Shown: positions 19,049 through 28,618 of the stretch, one piece after another
Numbering within the stretch: the first letter of the stretch is position 1
Layout of the letters: the number at the start of each line of letters is the position of its first letter
Assembly: GCA_027491355.1 (NCBI GenBank)
Contig: JAIXWI010000005.1
Coordinates: 38,228-102,227 of the forward strand
Direction of reading: 5' to 3'
Length of the DNA stretch: 64,000 nucleotides
Source of the DNA: Bacteroidota bacterium
Lineage (GTDB): Bacteria; Bacteroidota; Bacteroidia; UKL13-3
Translations under genes and position numbers: made by a program
Notes under the pieces: model-generated
The model's database searches: none
Seen by the model: only the letters and a program-made list of their open reading frames with translations
Told to the model about the DNA's origin: nothing

Positions 19049-21430
19049 CTAGAGTAATTCATTGACAATCTGTAACAATTGTTCTTTATTGAAGGGTTTA
19101 TTTAAAACCTGATTCATGCCAACATCTTGACATTTCTTTTTAATTTTAGACTGGGTATTGGCCGTTAAACCAATGATTGGTACTTTGCTATGTCTTTTGA
19201 AGTACTGGTCACCCCTGATGCGTTTACAGGTTTCAATTCCATCAAAAATGGGCATGTATACATCAAGTAAAAGCATGTCATACTGTTTCTGGTTTAAAGC
19301 TTCCAATACCTCGGTTCCATTTGAAACACATTCACACTGATAGCCTGTATCAACCAATACTTTTTCTAGAAACTTTTGGTTCATCATATTGTCATCTGCA
19401 ACCAATATGAGTTTATTACGCTTTATAAGGCTCTTTGTTGCTGTTGTGTGAGAAGGTGCGTCTACTTCCTCCACTTCAAACTGCATCTTAACCATCACTC
19501 CCTGACCTTTGATACTAGATAATTTGAACAACCCGCCAAACAATTGCACAATTGCATGTACAATTTTTAAGCCTTTACCTTGTGGCAGTTTATCGAAATT
19601 ATTTTGAGCAATTGTGTCCATGAATTCTTTCTTTATACCTGGACCCTCATCGCTGATTTTGATTTCAATTTTTGAGTAATTTGAATTGCCTATTTTTTTT
19701 CTTGAAACCAATTTCACTTCAACCTCAATGGTAGTTCCGTTCGAGAAACGGATGGCGTTGTTAAACAAATTGAGCAATGCTAAATTCAACTTACCTTTGT
19801 CAAAATTTATCCAATCAGGAACCCCAGAATAGACCATTTGTCTGAATTCGTTGTGCTTAACTTTAGCTTTGGCATCAATAGAGACAAATAAATTCTCTAA
19901 AAAAGACAACAAGGAAAACTGCTCTTTATTCAAGCGCAATACTCCCGACTCAACTTCTTGAAGTGTATTCAAATTGTCAACTAAAAAAACCAACTCATCA
20001 GTAGCTAATTTTACTGCCAATAAATTCTCTTTTAGTCCATCCATGTTTTTGCTTTCCATGGCCAACTGACTCATGCCTTTAAGCACATGAATGGCAGACT
20101 TAAGTTCTCGGTAAAAATCAAGTGAAACAGTTTTCTTGAGTTCAGGCTTGGGAGCACTGACAAACGAAAAACTTCTTTTAAGAAATAAAAACAAAATTGT
20201 TAAAAATATCAATGCTAAACCCAATCCAACACTCAAAATACGGTATGTACTTTCACCAGATTCAACTTGTTCTGGCGCTGGTGTCTCTATAGAATTACTC
20301 TCAGGCAATTCAGTATCCTCCATTGATTTTGTGAGTGCTATACTTTGTTGTGCCTCTTGAGCTTGTCTGGCCTTTAAGAGTTGGTACTCATTTTCATATT
20401 TGCTTGCACGGGCTTGATCACCTGCTTGGGTATATAATTTGGCTAAAATTTCTACTGCATTGAGTTGTTCGAATTTGAAATTGAAATTTTCTGCAATTAA
20501 AACTGCTCTGGTTGCAAGGTCCATAGCAGAGTCTTTTTTGTTTAAATGATAATAGGCTTTAGCCATACTTCCTAACACCTTAACCAATGATTTCTTATCA
20601 TTCATGGTTTGGTCAATTAACTGCGATTCTTGCAGGTACGGCAATGCTTTTTTGTATTGGTTTCTATTTAAAAAAACTGTACCAATATTGTTCAAAACAG
20701 CTGCCACTTCAAAAGCACTTCCATGCTCTCTATAAATTTCTAATGCAACCACATAGTGGTAAAGGGCCTTTAAATCGTATCCTTGCAAACGATAGGCATC
20801 AGCCAAATAATTAGCTATCACTGCCTGATTGTTTTGGTCTTTGAGTTGCTTATACAAATCAAGTGCCTGCAAAAGATAGGTTTCAGACCTATTGGCATCA
20901 TTGAGTATGACATAAATAGAGCCTATATTTTTTAAGGTGTTTGCAATTCTTCTGTAATCATTGAGTTGTTTAGACAATTTCAATGCGCTGAAATAAAAAC
21001 GCAATGCCTTTGGATAGTCTTTTTTTCTGCTAGATAAGTCACCTAAACTATTGTAAGCTAAGGCAACTGAATAGGGTTCTTTACAGGTTAAACCTGAGGA
21101 GAGACCTTTTAAAAAATATTGTTTGGCTAATGCATACTGAGCCCTGTCTAAATACAACAATCCAATGACGACATTTGCACTGGCAACCCCTTTACAAAAA
21201 TCTATTTTACTTGAAAGTGCCAAAGCTTGTTTGGCATAATTGCCTGCTTTTGTAGAGTCTGTACTTCTAACTAAAATGGCAATTCCATTTAGCAATTCTG
21301 CTCTTTGAATGTCATTGGCAAAAGGTAATATACTTTCTAAACTATCTAGTTCAGTTTCGGCTTTTGCATAAGAAGGCCAAAGCAAACAACTACTCAATAG
21401 CAAAATAAAATATATACGCAGTTGCACCAT
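19049..21430 (-). CDS. TPR-sensor hybrid histidine kinase/response regulator with a degenerate H-box
   Basis: Signal peptide, TPR repeats, TM, HisKA-like helix 'YRELKSAIHVLKG', N box 'NLFNNAIRFS', G1 'DEGPGI', receiver 'ADD...LLDVYMP...LTA...NKP'. Confidence 0.88.
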   Translation of the reverse strand: MVQLRIYFILLLSSCLLWPSYAKAETELDSLESILPFANDIQRAELLNGIAILVRSTDSTKAGNYAKQALALSSKIDFCKGVASANVVIGLLYLDRAQYALAKQYFLKGLSSGLTCKEPYSVALAYNSLGDLSSRKKDYPKALRFYFSALKLSKQLNDYRRIANTLKNIGSIYVILNDANRSETYLLQALDLYKQLKDQNNQAVIANYLADAYRLQGYDLKALYHYVVALEIYREHGSAFEVAAVLNNIGTVFLNRNQYKKALPYLQESQLIDQTMNDKKSLVKVLGSMAKAYYHLNKKDSAMDLATRAVLIAENFNFKFEQLNAVEILAKLYTQAGDQARASKYENEYQLLKARQAQEAQQSIALTKSMEDTELPESNSIETPAPEQVESGESTYRILSVGLGLALIFLTILFLFLKRSFSFVSAPKPELKKTVSLDFYRELKSAIHVLKGMSQLAMESKNMDGLKENLLAVKLATDELVFLVDNLNTLQEVESGVLRLNKEQFSLLSFLENLFVSIDAKAKVKHNEFRQMVYSGVPDWINFDKGKLNLALLNLFNNAIRFSNGTTIEVEVKLVSRKKIGNSNYSKIEIKISDEGPGIKKEFMDTIAQNNFDKLPQGKGLKIVHAIVQLFGGLFKLSSIKGQGVMVKMQFEVEEVDAPSHTTATKSLIKRNKLILVADDNMMNQKFLEKVLVDTGYQCECVSNGTEVLEALNQKQYDMLLLDVYMPIFDGIETCKRIRGDQYFKRHSKVPIIGLTANTQSKIKKKCQDVGMNQVLNKPFNKEQLLQIVNELL

Positions 21431-21435
21431 CGGCT

Positions 21436-21786
21436 TTATTTAGCTTCTTGCATTAAAACAGTCCAATATTCAAAAGCCCTTCTGGTGTGAGGAATGACAA
21501 TGGTACCTCCTACTAAATTTGCAATAGCAAAAACTTCCATAATTTGCTCAGTTGTGATACCTAATTCCGCACATTTACCCAAATGGTATTTGATACAATC
21601 GTCGCATCTCAAAACCATACTCGCAACCAATCCTAGCATCTCCTTAGTTTGAATGGGAAGTGCACCCGATTCATATGCATTTGCATCTAAATTGAACAGC
21701 CGTTTCATAACAAGATTGTCTGTAGCCAACAATTGCTCATTCATTTTCTGTCTGTATGCGTTGAATTCTGTTACTAAATTTTCCAT
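21436..21786 (-). CDS. Carboxymuconolactone decarboxylase/AhpD-family protein
   Basis: 'TKEMLGLVASMVLRCDDCIKYH' CxxC motif. ATG at 21786. Confidence 0.9.
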   Translation of the reverse strand: MENLVTEFNAYRQKMNEQLLATDNLVMKRLFNLDANAYESGALPIQTKEMLGLVASMVLRCDDCIKYHLGKCAELGITTEQIMEVFAIANLVGGTIVIPHTRRAFEYWTVLMQEAK

Positions 21787-21794
21787 GTTTCTAT

Positions 21795-22133
21795 TTACAA
21801 GGTACATTCGATACGAGGATCCCAAAATACCTGTTTAAAATTTTTGATACAATCATTTATTACTTCAATTCCTTCTGCTTCTAATTTACGTTGCATTTCA
21901 TTGTTAACACCAAAAAAATGCTTACCAGTTAAGACCCCATTTCTATTTACAACACGGTGTGCAGGAACAATTGGCATAACCTTATGAGAATTGTTCATGG
22001 CATAACCAACTAACCTTGCGCTCTTTGTTGCTCCTAAATAAACAGCAATGGCACCGTAAGTACTTACCCTTCCCGGAGGTATCAATCGAACTACATCATA
22101 TACATTTTCGGCAAAAGTATATTCCGTCTTCAT
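21795..22133 (-). CDS. MGMT-family alkyltransferase-like protein (no catalytic Cys)
   Basis: 'IPPGRVSTYGAIA...ARLVG' helix-turn-helix and 'PAHRVV' in place of PCHR. Confidence 0.9.
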   Translation of the reverse strand: MKTEYTFAENVYDVVRLIPPGRVSTYGAIAVYLGATKSARLVGYAMNNSHKVMPIVPAHRVVNRNGVLTGKHFFGVNNEMQRKLEAEGIEVINDCIKNFKQVFWDPRIECTL

Positions 22134-23131
22134 TACTTTTCTTTGTAGATGGTTTCCAATAAAGTTTGTCCTACTGCTTTGAGGGTTACTCTATCTATCA
22201 CAGCCATGTTATCTGACAGGGTATGCCAGTGTGCGGGAAATCCAGTTTTGGTTTCGTCCGAGAAATGAATGATGTCTATCATTGGAATGTTTGCCAGTGT
22301 GTTTACATAATAGTGATCGTCTGTAATAGCTCCTCCACGGTAATAATAAAACTGATTACTATACCCCAATTGTACTGCCTGATCCCATACTTTTCTAACA
22401 ACTGACTCAGCATATTTAACACTGAATCCTTCCCATACAAATTTTGCATTTCTTGCACCTACCATATCAAGCAATATTCCATACTTTGGCTGATAAGCAC
22501 TTTCTTTGGCTTTTTTTGCCCAATACTGAGAACCTAAACAATAAGAATTTTCGAATTGTGGTTTACCCAAATCCTCTGCATCGAAACATATAAAATCTAC
22601 ACCTACTGAGGGTTTATTTTTAGACAAAACCCTTGCCATTTCTAACATTACAGCTACACCACTTGCGGCATCATCTGCAGCCAATATGGGTTCGTTTTTG
22701 TTAGATTCATCCAAATCTTGATCGGCGTATGGACGGCTGTCCCAATGGGCAGCTATTAAAATTCTTGTTTTGGCAGCTGGGTTAAAAGAAGCTGTGATGT
22801 TTTTGATGTGCAATGTTTTACCATCAAAGTTTTTTACAGCTGCTTTTTGAATGCTGACTGCATCGGCATATAAACCAAACTGTTTTTCGAGCCAATTTCC
22901 GCAATTGGTATGGCCTTCAGAATTGGTATACCTGGGGCCAAAACCTACTTGGTGCTGAACAAATTCATAAGCAGAGTCAGCATTGAATTCAGGCGATACC
23001 TGAACATATGCAGCTTGAGTGGTTTGGGTATTTTTCTTTGTATTTTTTGACTCATTATTACCGCATGCCATGATGTGAATCAAAACAACTGCAGTAATTG
23101 CATTTTTTATTCCTGAAAACGAATAACTCAT
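22133..23131 (-). CDS. M28-family lipoprotein, probable glutaminyl cyclase
   Basis: Lipobox 'IMAC'; 'AHWDSR', 'ADDAASG', 'FDAED', 'LLDMVG', 'DDH', 'HWHT'. Confidence 0.85.
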   Translation of the reverse strand: MSYSFSGIKNAITAVVLIHIMACGNNESKNTKKNTQTTQAAYVQVSPEFNADSAYEFVQHQVGFGPRYTNSEGHTNCGNWLEKQFGLYADAVSIQKAAVKNFDGKTLHIKNITASFNPAAKTRILIAAHWDSRPYADQDLDESNKNEPILAADDAASGVAVMLEMARVLSKNKPSVGVDFICFDAEDLGKPQFENSYCLGSQYWAKKAKESAYQPKYGILLDMVGARNAKFVWEGFSVKYAESVVRKVWDQAVQLGYSNQFYYYRGGAITDDHYYVNTLANIPMIDIIHFSDETKTGFPAHWHTLSDNMAVIDRVTLKAVGQTLLETIYKEK

Positions 23132-23132
23132 G

Positions 23133-24599
23133 TTATAAATTTATTTGATAGGTACTACCGTCTTTACCATCTTTAATGTCAATTCCCAATGCTTTCAATT
23201 GGTCTCTTATTGAATCTGAAGCTGCATAATCTTTGCGTTGTTTTGCCAATGTGCGTTGTTCAAGAACCATTTGCATAACACCATCTATTAGGTTTTCATT
23301 GTGTGTATTTTCTGTTTGTAAACCCAATACATCAAATACTATTTCGTTGTACAATTTAACCAGTATGGCTTTGTTGTTTTCGTCTATTTTTAATTTACCG
23401 TCTTGAACCGCATTGATAGCCCTTACTCCGTCAAACAAAGCTGCCAATGCGAGTGGTGTATTGAAATCTTCGTTCATCGATTGGTACACTTGTAGTTGAA
23501 TTGCGCTTGCATCAACTTCATTTTGATGACTAGTTGGTAAAGATGAAACCAACTTGCATGCATTCATCAAACGGGTCAATCCTTTTTCGGCTGCTTGCAA
23601 AGCTTCATTGCTAAAATCGAGTGTGCTTCTGTAATGTGCTTGCAGCATAAAAAACCTAACCACCATTGGGCTATAACCTCTTTCTAAAAGAGCGTGTGAA
23701 CCAGAAAAAAGTTCATGCGGTAAAAACGAATTACCCAAACTCTTGCTCATCTTTTGCCCATTCACCGTTAACATATTGGTATGTATCCAATAATTCACTG
23801 GCTTTTGGTGAAAACAAGCCAAGTGTTGGGCTACTTCATTGGTATGGTGTGTTGGAATCAAATCCATTCCTCCGCCATGTATGTCAAAATGTTCACCAAG
23901 GTATTTGCTACTCATAGCAGAACACTCCAAATGCCAACCCGGAAAACCCTCACCCCATGGGCTTGGCCATCTCATGATATGCTCGGGCTTGGCTTTGATC
24001 CAAAGTGCAAAATCTAGACGGCCTCTCTTCTCTGACTGGCCCCCCAATTCTCTAGTGTTGTTGAGTAACTCTTCTAAATTTCTACCCGACAATTCTGTAT
24101 ATGGATATTGTGCTGAAAATTTTTCTACATCAAAATAAATGCTACCATTCGACTCATAAGCAAAGCCATTGGCCATGATTTTTTTAGTGAGTTCTATTTG
24201 CTCGATGATATGACCTGTTGCAGTAGGTTCAATGCTTGGAGGTAAATTGTTAAACTGTTGCATCACCACTCTAAAATCTGTGGTATAGCGTTGTACAATT
24301 TCCATTGGTTCCAACTGTTCTAATTTTGCTTTTTTACCAATTTTATCTTCCCCCTCATCTGCATCATTTTCTAAATGTCCAGCATCGGTGATATTGCGCA
24401 CATACCTGACTTTGTAACCCAAGTGACTGAGGTACCTGAAAATGATATCAAAGGAGGTAAATGTTCTGACATTACCTAGGTGAACATTGCTATAAACAGT
24501 TGGACCACACACATACATGCCAACCAAAGGCGCGTGAATAGGTTCAAATGTTTGAAGAGACTTGCTGAGCGTATCGTAAATTTTTAGTTTGCCGTTCAT
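23133..24599 (-). CDS. cysS: Cysteine--tRNA ligase
   Basis: 'YVCGPTVY..HLGN', 'PGWHLECSAM', 'KMSKS'. Confidence 0.98.
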   Translation of the reverse strand: MNGKLKIYDTLSKSLQTFEPIHAPLVGMYVCGPTVYSNVHLGNVRTFTSFDIIFRYLSHLGYKVRYVRNITDAGHLENDADEGEDKIGKKAKLEQLEPMEIVQRYTTDFRVVMQQFNNLPPSIEPTATGHIIEQIELTKKIMANGFAYESNGSIYFDVEKFSAQYPYTELSGRNLEELLNNTRELGGQSEKRGRLDFALWIKAKPEHIMRWPSPWGEGFPGWHLECSAMSSKYLGEHFDIHGGGMDLIPTHHTNEVAQHLACFHQKPVNYWIHTNMLTVNGQKMSKSLGNSFLPHELFSGSHALLERGYSPMVVRFFMLQAHYRSTLDFSNEALQAAEKGLTRLMNACKLVSSLPTSHQNEVDASAIQLQVYQSMNEDFNTPLALAALFDGVRAINAVQDGKLKIDENNKAILVKLYNEIVFDVLGLQTENTHNENLIDGVMQMVLEQRTLAKQRKDYAASDSIRDQLKALGIDIKDGKDGSTYQINL

Positions 24600-24656
24600 A
24601 AACTACTGCCAAATTTCAAATATACACTTAATTTGAAGCAGAGACCAAATGCGAAT

Positions 24657-25961
24657 TTATTTGCTGTACAAAGCATGGTAAACCCTTTCCCAATTGCGCC
24701 AACCTTGGTACTCGTCAAAAGAAGAATTGTGCCAAATGCCAATGAACTCACCACCCACTTTAGCTACGTTATGTTGTAATTTTTTAACCTCATCAATTGC
24801 TTCATCAGGTGTATGTTTGAGTTGATTTTTAAGCGTTACATCCATCACACATGGGCTATGAATGAGTATGTTCAACTCACAATTGTTCTTACAATCAAAG
24901 GCTTTAAAAGGAAAAGCGGTAGCAGCTCTAAATCCTAAAACATCAGGATAAGCCATGGAATAATCTTCTTTTATACCAGCCTCTGATAATTTACGAAAGG
25001 TATCTGGCCATTTGAATTTGAGAAAATGCTGACGCGAAATTTGAATTTGCTTTTGAATAATGGTACTTAAATGTTCAATTTCTTTTTGTGTTTGTTTGGG
25101 AAAACGATGCGATTGAATGGATGGATGAACACCCAATTGAAAAGACTGGTTCAACCTTTTGAGTAGGTTATGAAATTCTTGGCTATTTAAATGGATGTTT
25201 TTATCGTGTTTCGTACCATTGGCCATGAGCACAAAAAATAAGGTTTCAACATGTGAAAGCATCAATTGGCTGTAGGTATCATATGGGTCTGGGTCCAATG
25301 GAAACCATACATTTTTTACCTGACTCAATTGATTTCTAAATACAAAACCAATCGATTTTTTTAGTTTGTTGTATAAAGTCAACGCTTTGAATTGATAAAC
25401 AAAATCAATGTCAATGGTATTGATGAACTTTATTTGGTGTTGTTTAAATTGTATGGTAGGAAAGTGTTCTAAAATTTGCAATTTTAATTCTTCCATCCAA
25501 CAATCAATGAGGGGTAAGTGGATGAATTCATTTTGTACTGCTAATGAATTCTTAGCTTCAAATCTGCCATGCAAGTCTGTACTTCTTTTAGGCAGTAATT
25601 CTTCATACCTAGACAATAAATAAAACGAAGCTGCAAATAAGTCAAAAGGCAGTAAAGTATATTTTTCGTGAAGGCTCACTGGAACTTCTACATCTAATTC
25701 AAAAAATACGTGCAACCATTTATTATGAGCATGTACTTGTATGTCTTGCGCTGCAACAGTTTGCTCGAACAGTAAACTGCACATTGGAATGTTCACACAA
25801 TTAGGATAAACATTCAGGCTATAGTTTAATTTGAGTGCAGACGATTTCAAAAAATAGGATTCGTTGTCTGTAATGGTATATGTTATTCCCATCCTGCGAA
25901 CCAGCAATTCATTGAGTATATAAGTAAAACGTGCAGACTCCTGCGGACAAAAAATGAGCAT
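24657..25961 (-). CDS. Polysaccharide deacetylase-like protein
   Basis: 'LLSRYEE', 'TIDID', 'GVHPS', 'RQHFL', 'GFRAAT', 'IWHN' pattern of NodB-like Bacteroidota proteins. Confidence 0.75.
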   Translation of the reverse strand: MLIFCPQESARFTYILNELLVRRMGITYTITDNESYFLKSSALKLNYSLNVYPNCVNIPMCSLLFEQTVAAQDIQVHAHNKWLHVFFELDVEVPVSLHEKYTLLPFDLFAASFYLLSRYEELLPKRSTDLHGRFEAKNSLAVQNEFIHLPLIDCWMEELKLQILEHFPTIQFKQHQIKFINTIDIDFVYQFKALTLYNKLKKSIGFVFRNQLSQVKNVWFPLDPDPYDTYSQLMLSHVETLFFVLMANGTKHDKNIHLNSQEFHNLLKRLNQSFQLGVHPSIQSHRFPKQTQKEIEHLSTIIQKQIQISRQHFLKFKWPDTFRKLSEAGIKEDYSMAYPDVLGFRAATAFPFKAFDCKNNCELNILIHSPCVMDVTLKNQLKHTPDEAIDEVKKLQHNVAKVGGEFIGIWHNSSFDEYQGWRNWERVYHALYSK

Positions 25962-25968
25962 GCTAAAT

Positions 25969-27282
25969 TTATTCAGACTGATTAAATTGTGATTGACCGT
26001 ATTTGAAAACCTCTAATAATTGTTTAGGATGCATGGCATTGAAAAAGATTCGGAAACTTTGTGTAGGCTGAAATAAAAACAAAGTAAAAAACATGCCTGT
26101 ATAATATGTAAAAACAACAGCGTATGCCATTCCATTTAATTGAAACTTTGGAATGAAATAAAAGCTTGTTGCCAAATACATCAATAAGTTCCAAACCTGA
26201 AAATAAATGACGATGCGTTGTTTGTTTTGAGCCAACATCCAAGTACCCCATGCCGTTCCATAAAATACTGGAATGGCACCCCAAATATGAATTTTAAAAA
26301 CTGCTGGCGACAGGTTGTATTTTTCTTTGAACAAGGTACCAATTACTAAATCTCCCAATAATGTGCCACCAATGGCAATCAAGATTGCCGACCATAACAT
26401 AATGGAACACAATTGGGTATAACGTTTGAGTTGCAATTCAGGGTTGCTTCTGTTATTGATAATTCCTGGAAATACCGCTGCACAAATGGCAACGGGTATA
26501 AAATAAGATGCCTCACTCATTCTTACTGCAGCAGAGTATTGGCCCACCAAGTTTAAATCTCTTAAAAAACGCAAGATCAAAATTTCGCCAGATTTCTGAT
26601 ACAACATCAGTACAAAAGAGCCAACTATTAATGGCAAACTATGGTACAATAAACCCTTTGCTTCAGTGAAAGAGAAAGTCCAATTCAAAATCCGTTCACC
26701 TTCTTTTGAATAGAAACGCCATTGTAACAACAAAGTAATGAATGCTTCAAAAACTGCCATGCTAGCAAACCAATACACACTGGCTTCTAAATATATTAAA
26801 CTCAATTTCACCGCTGAAGAAACCAACAAGGAAACCACCTGTCCAATGGCCGTGTATTTACCCTTGACAATTGATTGAAAATACAAATCAACCACCACAA
26901 AAGATTGCAATACCACAGTTAAAGTAACAATAAAAACAATGATGGTTTTATCGGGCGTATCCCTGAGCATAGAATAACCTGTGGCCCCTGCCAATACTAA
27001 AAATGAACCCACCAACCTAAGTACAAACCCCGTTCCTAAAATTTTATTTTTATCCTCTTTTCGAGTTATCAATTCCCTTACAACTATGCTTTCCAAACCA
27101 AGTGTAGACAGTATGGTAAAGATAGCCATAATGCTCAAAGCATAGTTGATAAGCCCGTATTGTGCAGCACCTAAATACCTTGCCACCAATACCCCAACTA
27201 AAATACCAGAAATAATTCTGGCCGATTTTTCAAGCAACATCCAAAGACTGTTTGAAAGGTATTTATTGGGCGTATTGCTCAT
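25969..27282 (-). CDS. Wzx-type polysaccharide flippase
   Basis: Multi-TM protein; 'VARYLGAAQYG', 'LGLESIVVREL', 'VGQYSAAVRMSE'. Confidence 0.9.
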   Translation of the reverse strand: MSNTPNKYLSNSLWMLLEKSARIISGILVGVLVARYLGAAQYGLINYALSIMAIFTILSTLGLESIVVRELITRKEDKNKILGTGFVLRLVGSFLVLAGATGYSMLRDTPDKTIIVFIVTLTVVLQSFVVVDLYFQSIVKGKYTAIGQVVSLLVSSAVKLSLIYLEASVYWFASMAVFEAFITLLLQWRFYSKEGERILNWTFSFTEAKGLLYHSLPLIVGSFVLMLYQKSGEILILRFLRDLNLVGQYSAAVRMSEASYFIPVAICAAVFPGIINNRSNPELQLKRYTQLCSIMLWSAILIAIGGTLLGDLVIGTLFKEKYNLSPAVFKIHIWGAIPVFYGTAWGTWMLAQNKQRIVIYFQVWNLLMYLATSFYFIPKFQLNGMAYAVVFTYYTGMFFTLFLFQPTQSFRIFFNAMHPKQLLEVFKYGQSQFNQSE

Positions 27283-27846
27283 TTATTTTTTACTAAATTC
27301 ATTCATAGTTAATGCAAGGCCTCTGAATACAAAACTATCACAGGCGTTTACTGCAGTATCAATTAACAAGGGTAGTTCTGCTGCTTCATTGGGTGTCCAA
27401 TTACCCAGTACATATGCTATTTGTTTGCCTTTGTGGAAATTACTGCCAATTCCAAATCGGAGCCTTGGATAATCTTTTGTTTGCAAGCATTCGAAAATAT
27501 TTTTTAAACCATTGTGACCAGCATCACTCCCTGATGGCTTGATCCGAATCTTACCAAAATCAATGGCTAAATCATCAACCAATACCAACACATTGGCCAA
27601 TGGCACTTGCATTTCCTGCATCCAATAACGCAATGCTTTGCCACTCAAATTCATAAATGTAATGGGCTTGATGAGGCATACTTGTTTTCCTTTAAAAGAA
27701 TAGTTTGCCACTTCAGCAAATTTCTGTGTTGAAAACACAGCACCATGTTTGCTTGCCAATGCATCTGCAATGTCAAATCCAATATTGTGTCGGGTATGAT
27801 TGTATTCAGAACCCGGATTGCCTAAACCTACAATTAGATATTTCAA
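27283..27846 (-). CDS. pth: Peptidyl-tRNA hydrolase
   Basis: 'IVGLGNPG..Y..TRHNIGF', 'FMNLSG', 'AGHNGLK'. TTG start. Confidence 0.97.
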   Translation of the reverse strand: MKYLIVGLGNPGSEYNHTRHNIGFDIADALASKHGAVFSTQKFAEVANYSFKGKQVCLIKPITFMNLSGKALRYWMQEMQVPLANVLVLVDDLAIDFGKIRIKPSGSDAGHNGLKNIFECLQTKDYPRLRFGIGSNFHKGKQIAYVLGNWTPNEAAELPLLIDTAVNACDSFVFRGLALTMNEFSKK

Positions 27847-27853
27847 GAGGCTA

Positions 27854-27861
27854 CAAAACTA
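27854..27861 (-). promoter_or_regulatory. Bacteroidota -7 promoter element TAGTTTTG for pth
   Basis: Exact TAnnTTTG, 7 nt before the TTG start and downstream of the rplY terminator. Confidence 0.6.
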
Positions 27862-27892
27862 AGGGTTCAAATTTGAAAATGCATTTAAAAAC

Positions 27893-27920
27893 AAAAAACC
27901 CGGCTTTGCCGGGTTTTTTT
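27893..27920. terminator. Intrinsic terminator after rplY (bidirectional shape)
   Basis: AAAAAACCCGGC-TTT-GCCGGGTTTTTTT. Confidence 0.9.
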
Positions 27921-27941
27921 ATGATTAAACTAAGAATTAGC

Positions 27942-28532
27942 TTATTTTTTCTTTTTACCACCATCATCACCTTTAGCAGCTTCTTGTGCAGCTCTGGTTG
28001 TTTTGATAGTTACAATAGGATTGTTTGGAGAATCTAATAACTGTAAGTCACCAGCATTTACATCGGCAACTTTCATTGATTTACCAATTTCCAAAGCTTC
28101 AATGTTCAATTCAATGGCATCAGGTAATTGAGCTGGCAAAGCACGTACACGTAATTTTTTTGCTTTTACCAATAATTTACCCCCTTGTCTTACACCAATT
28201 GAATTTCCAACCAAACGAACCGGGATACTTACTTCTACTGGTTTGTTGTCTGAAATTTCAAGAAAATCTGCGTGTAAAATTGCATCGTTTACCGGGTGGT
28301 ATTGGATGTCTTTTAAGAATGCATGGTAAGTTTTACCATCTATGTCTAATTTTACTTTGTAAGTGTTTGGTGTATAAACCAACATTTTGAAGTCTGGCTC
28401 ATAAACTGAGAATTGTACATTCTCTTTTCCACCATAAAGAACACATGGAACTTTTCCTTCTGTTCTTAAAGCTTTGGTTGACACTTTACCTACCGAGGCA
28501 CGTGCGTTTCCAAACATTGCGATTGTTTTCAT
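27942..28532 (-). CDS. rplY: 50S ribosomal protein L25/general stress protein Ctc
   Basis: 'LRTEGKVPCVLYG', 'DIQYHPV..ILHADF', 'GVRQGG'. Confidence 0.97.
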   Translation of the reverse strand: MKTIAMFGNARASVGKVSTKALRTEGKVPCVLYGGKENVQFSVYEPDFKMLVYTPNTYKVKLDIDGKTYHAFLKDIQYHPVNDAILHADFLEISDNKPVEVSIPVRLVGNSIGVRQGGKLLVKAKKLRVRALPAQLPDAIELNIEALEIGKSMKVADVNAGDLQLLDSPNNPIVTIKTTRAAQEAAKGDDGGKKKK

Positions 28533-28618
28533 ATATTTTATTTTTTCGGTTTACTCAAAAATCACCGCTTTCTTTCGACGGAAAGCGACTATTTCCCATC
28601 AACTATAGATTCTTTCTG

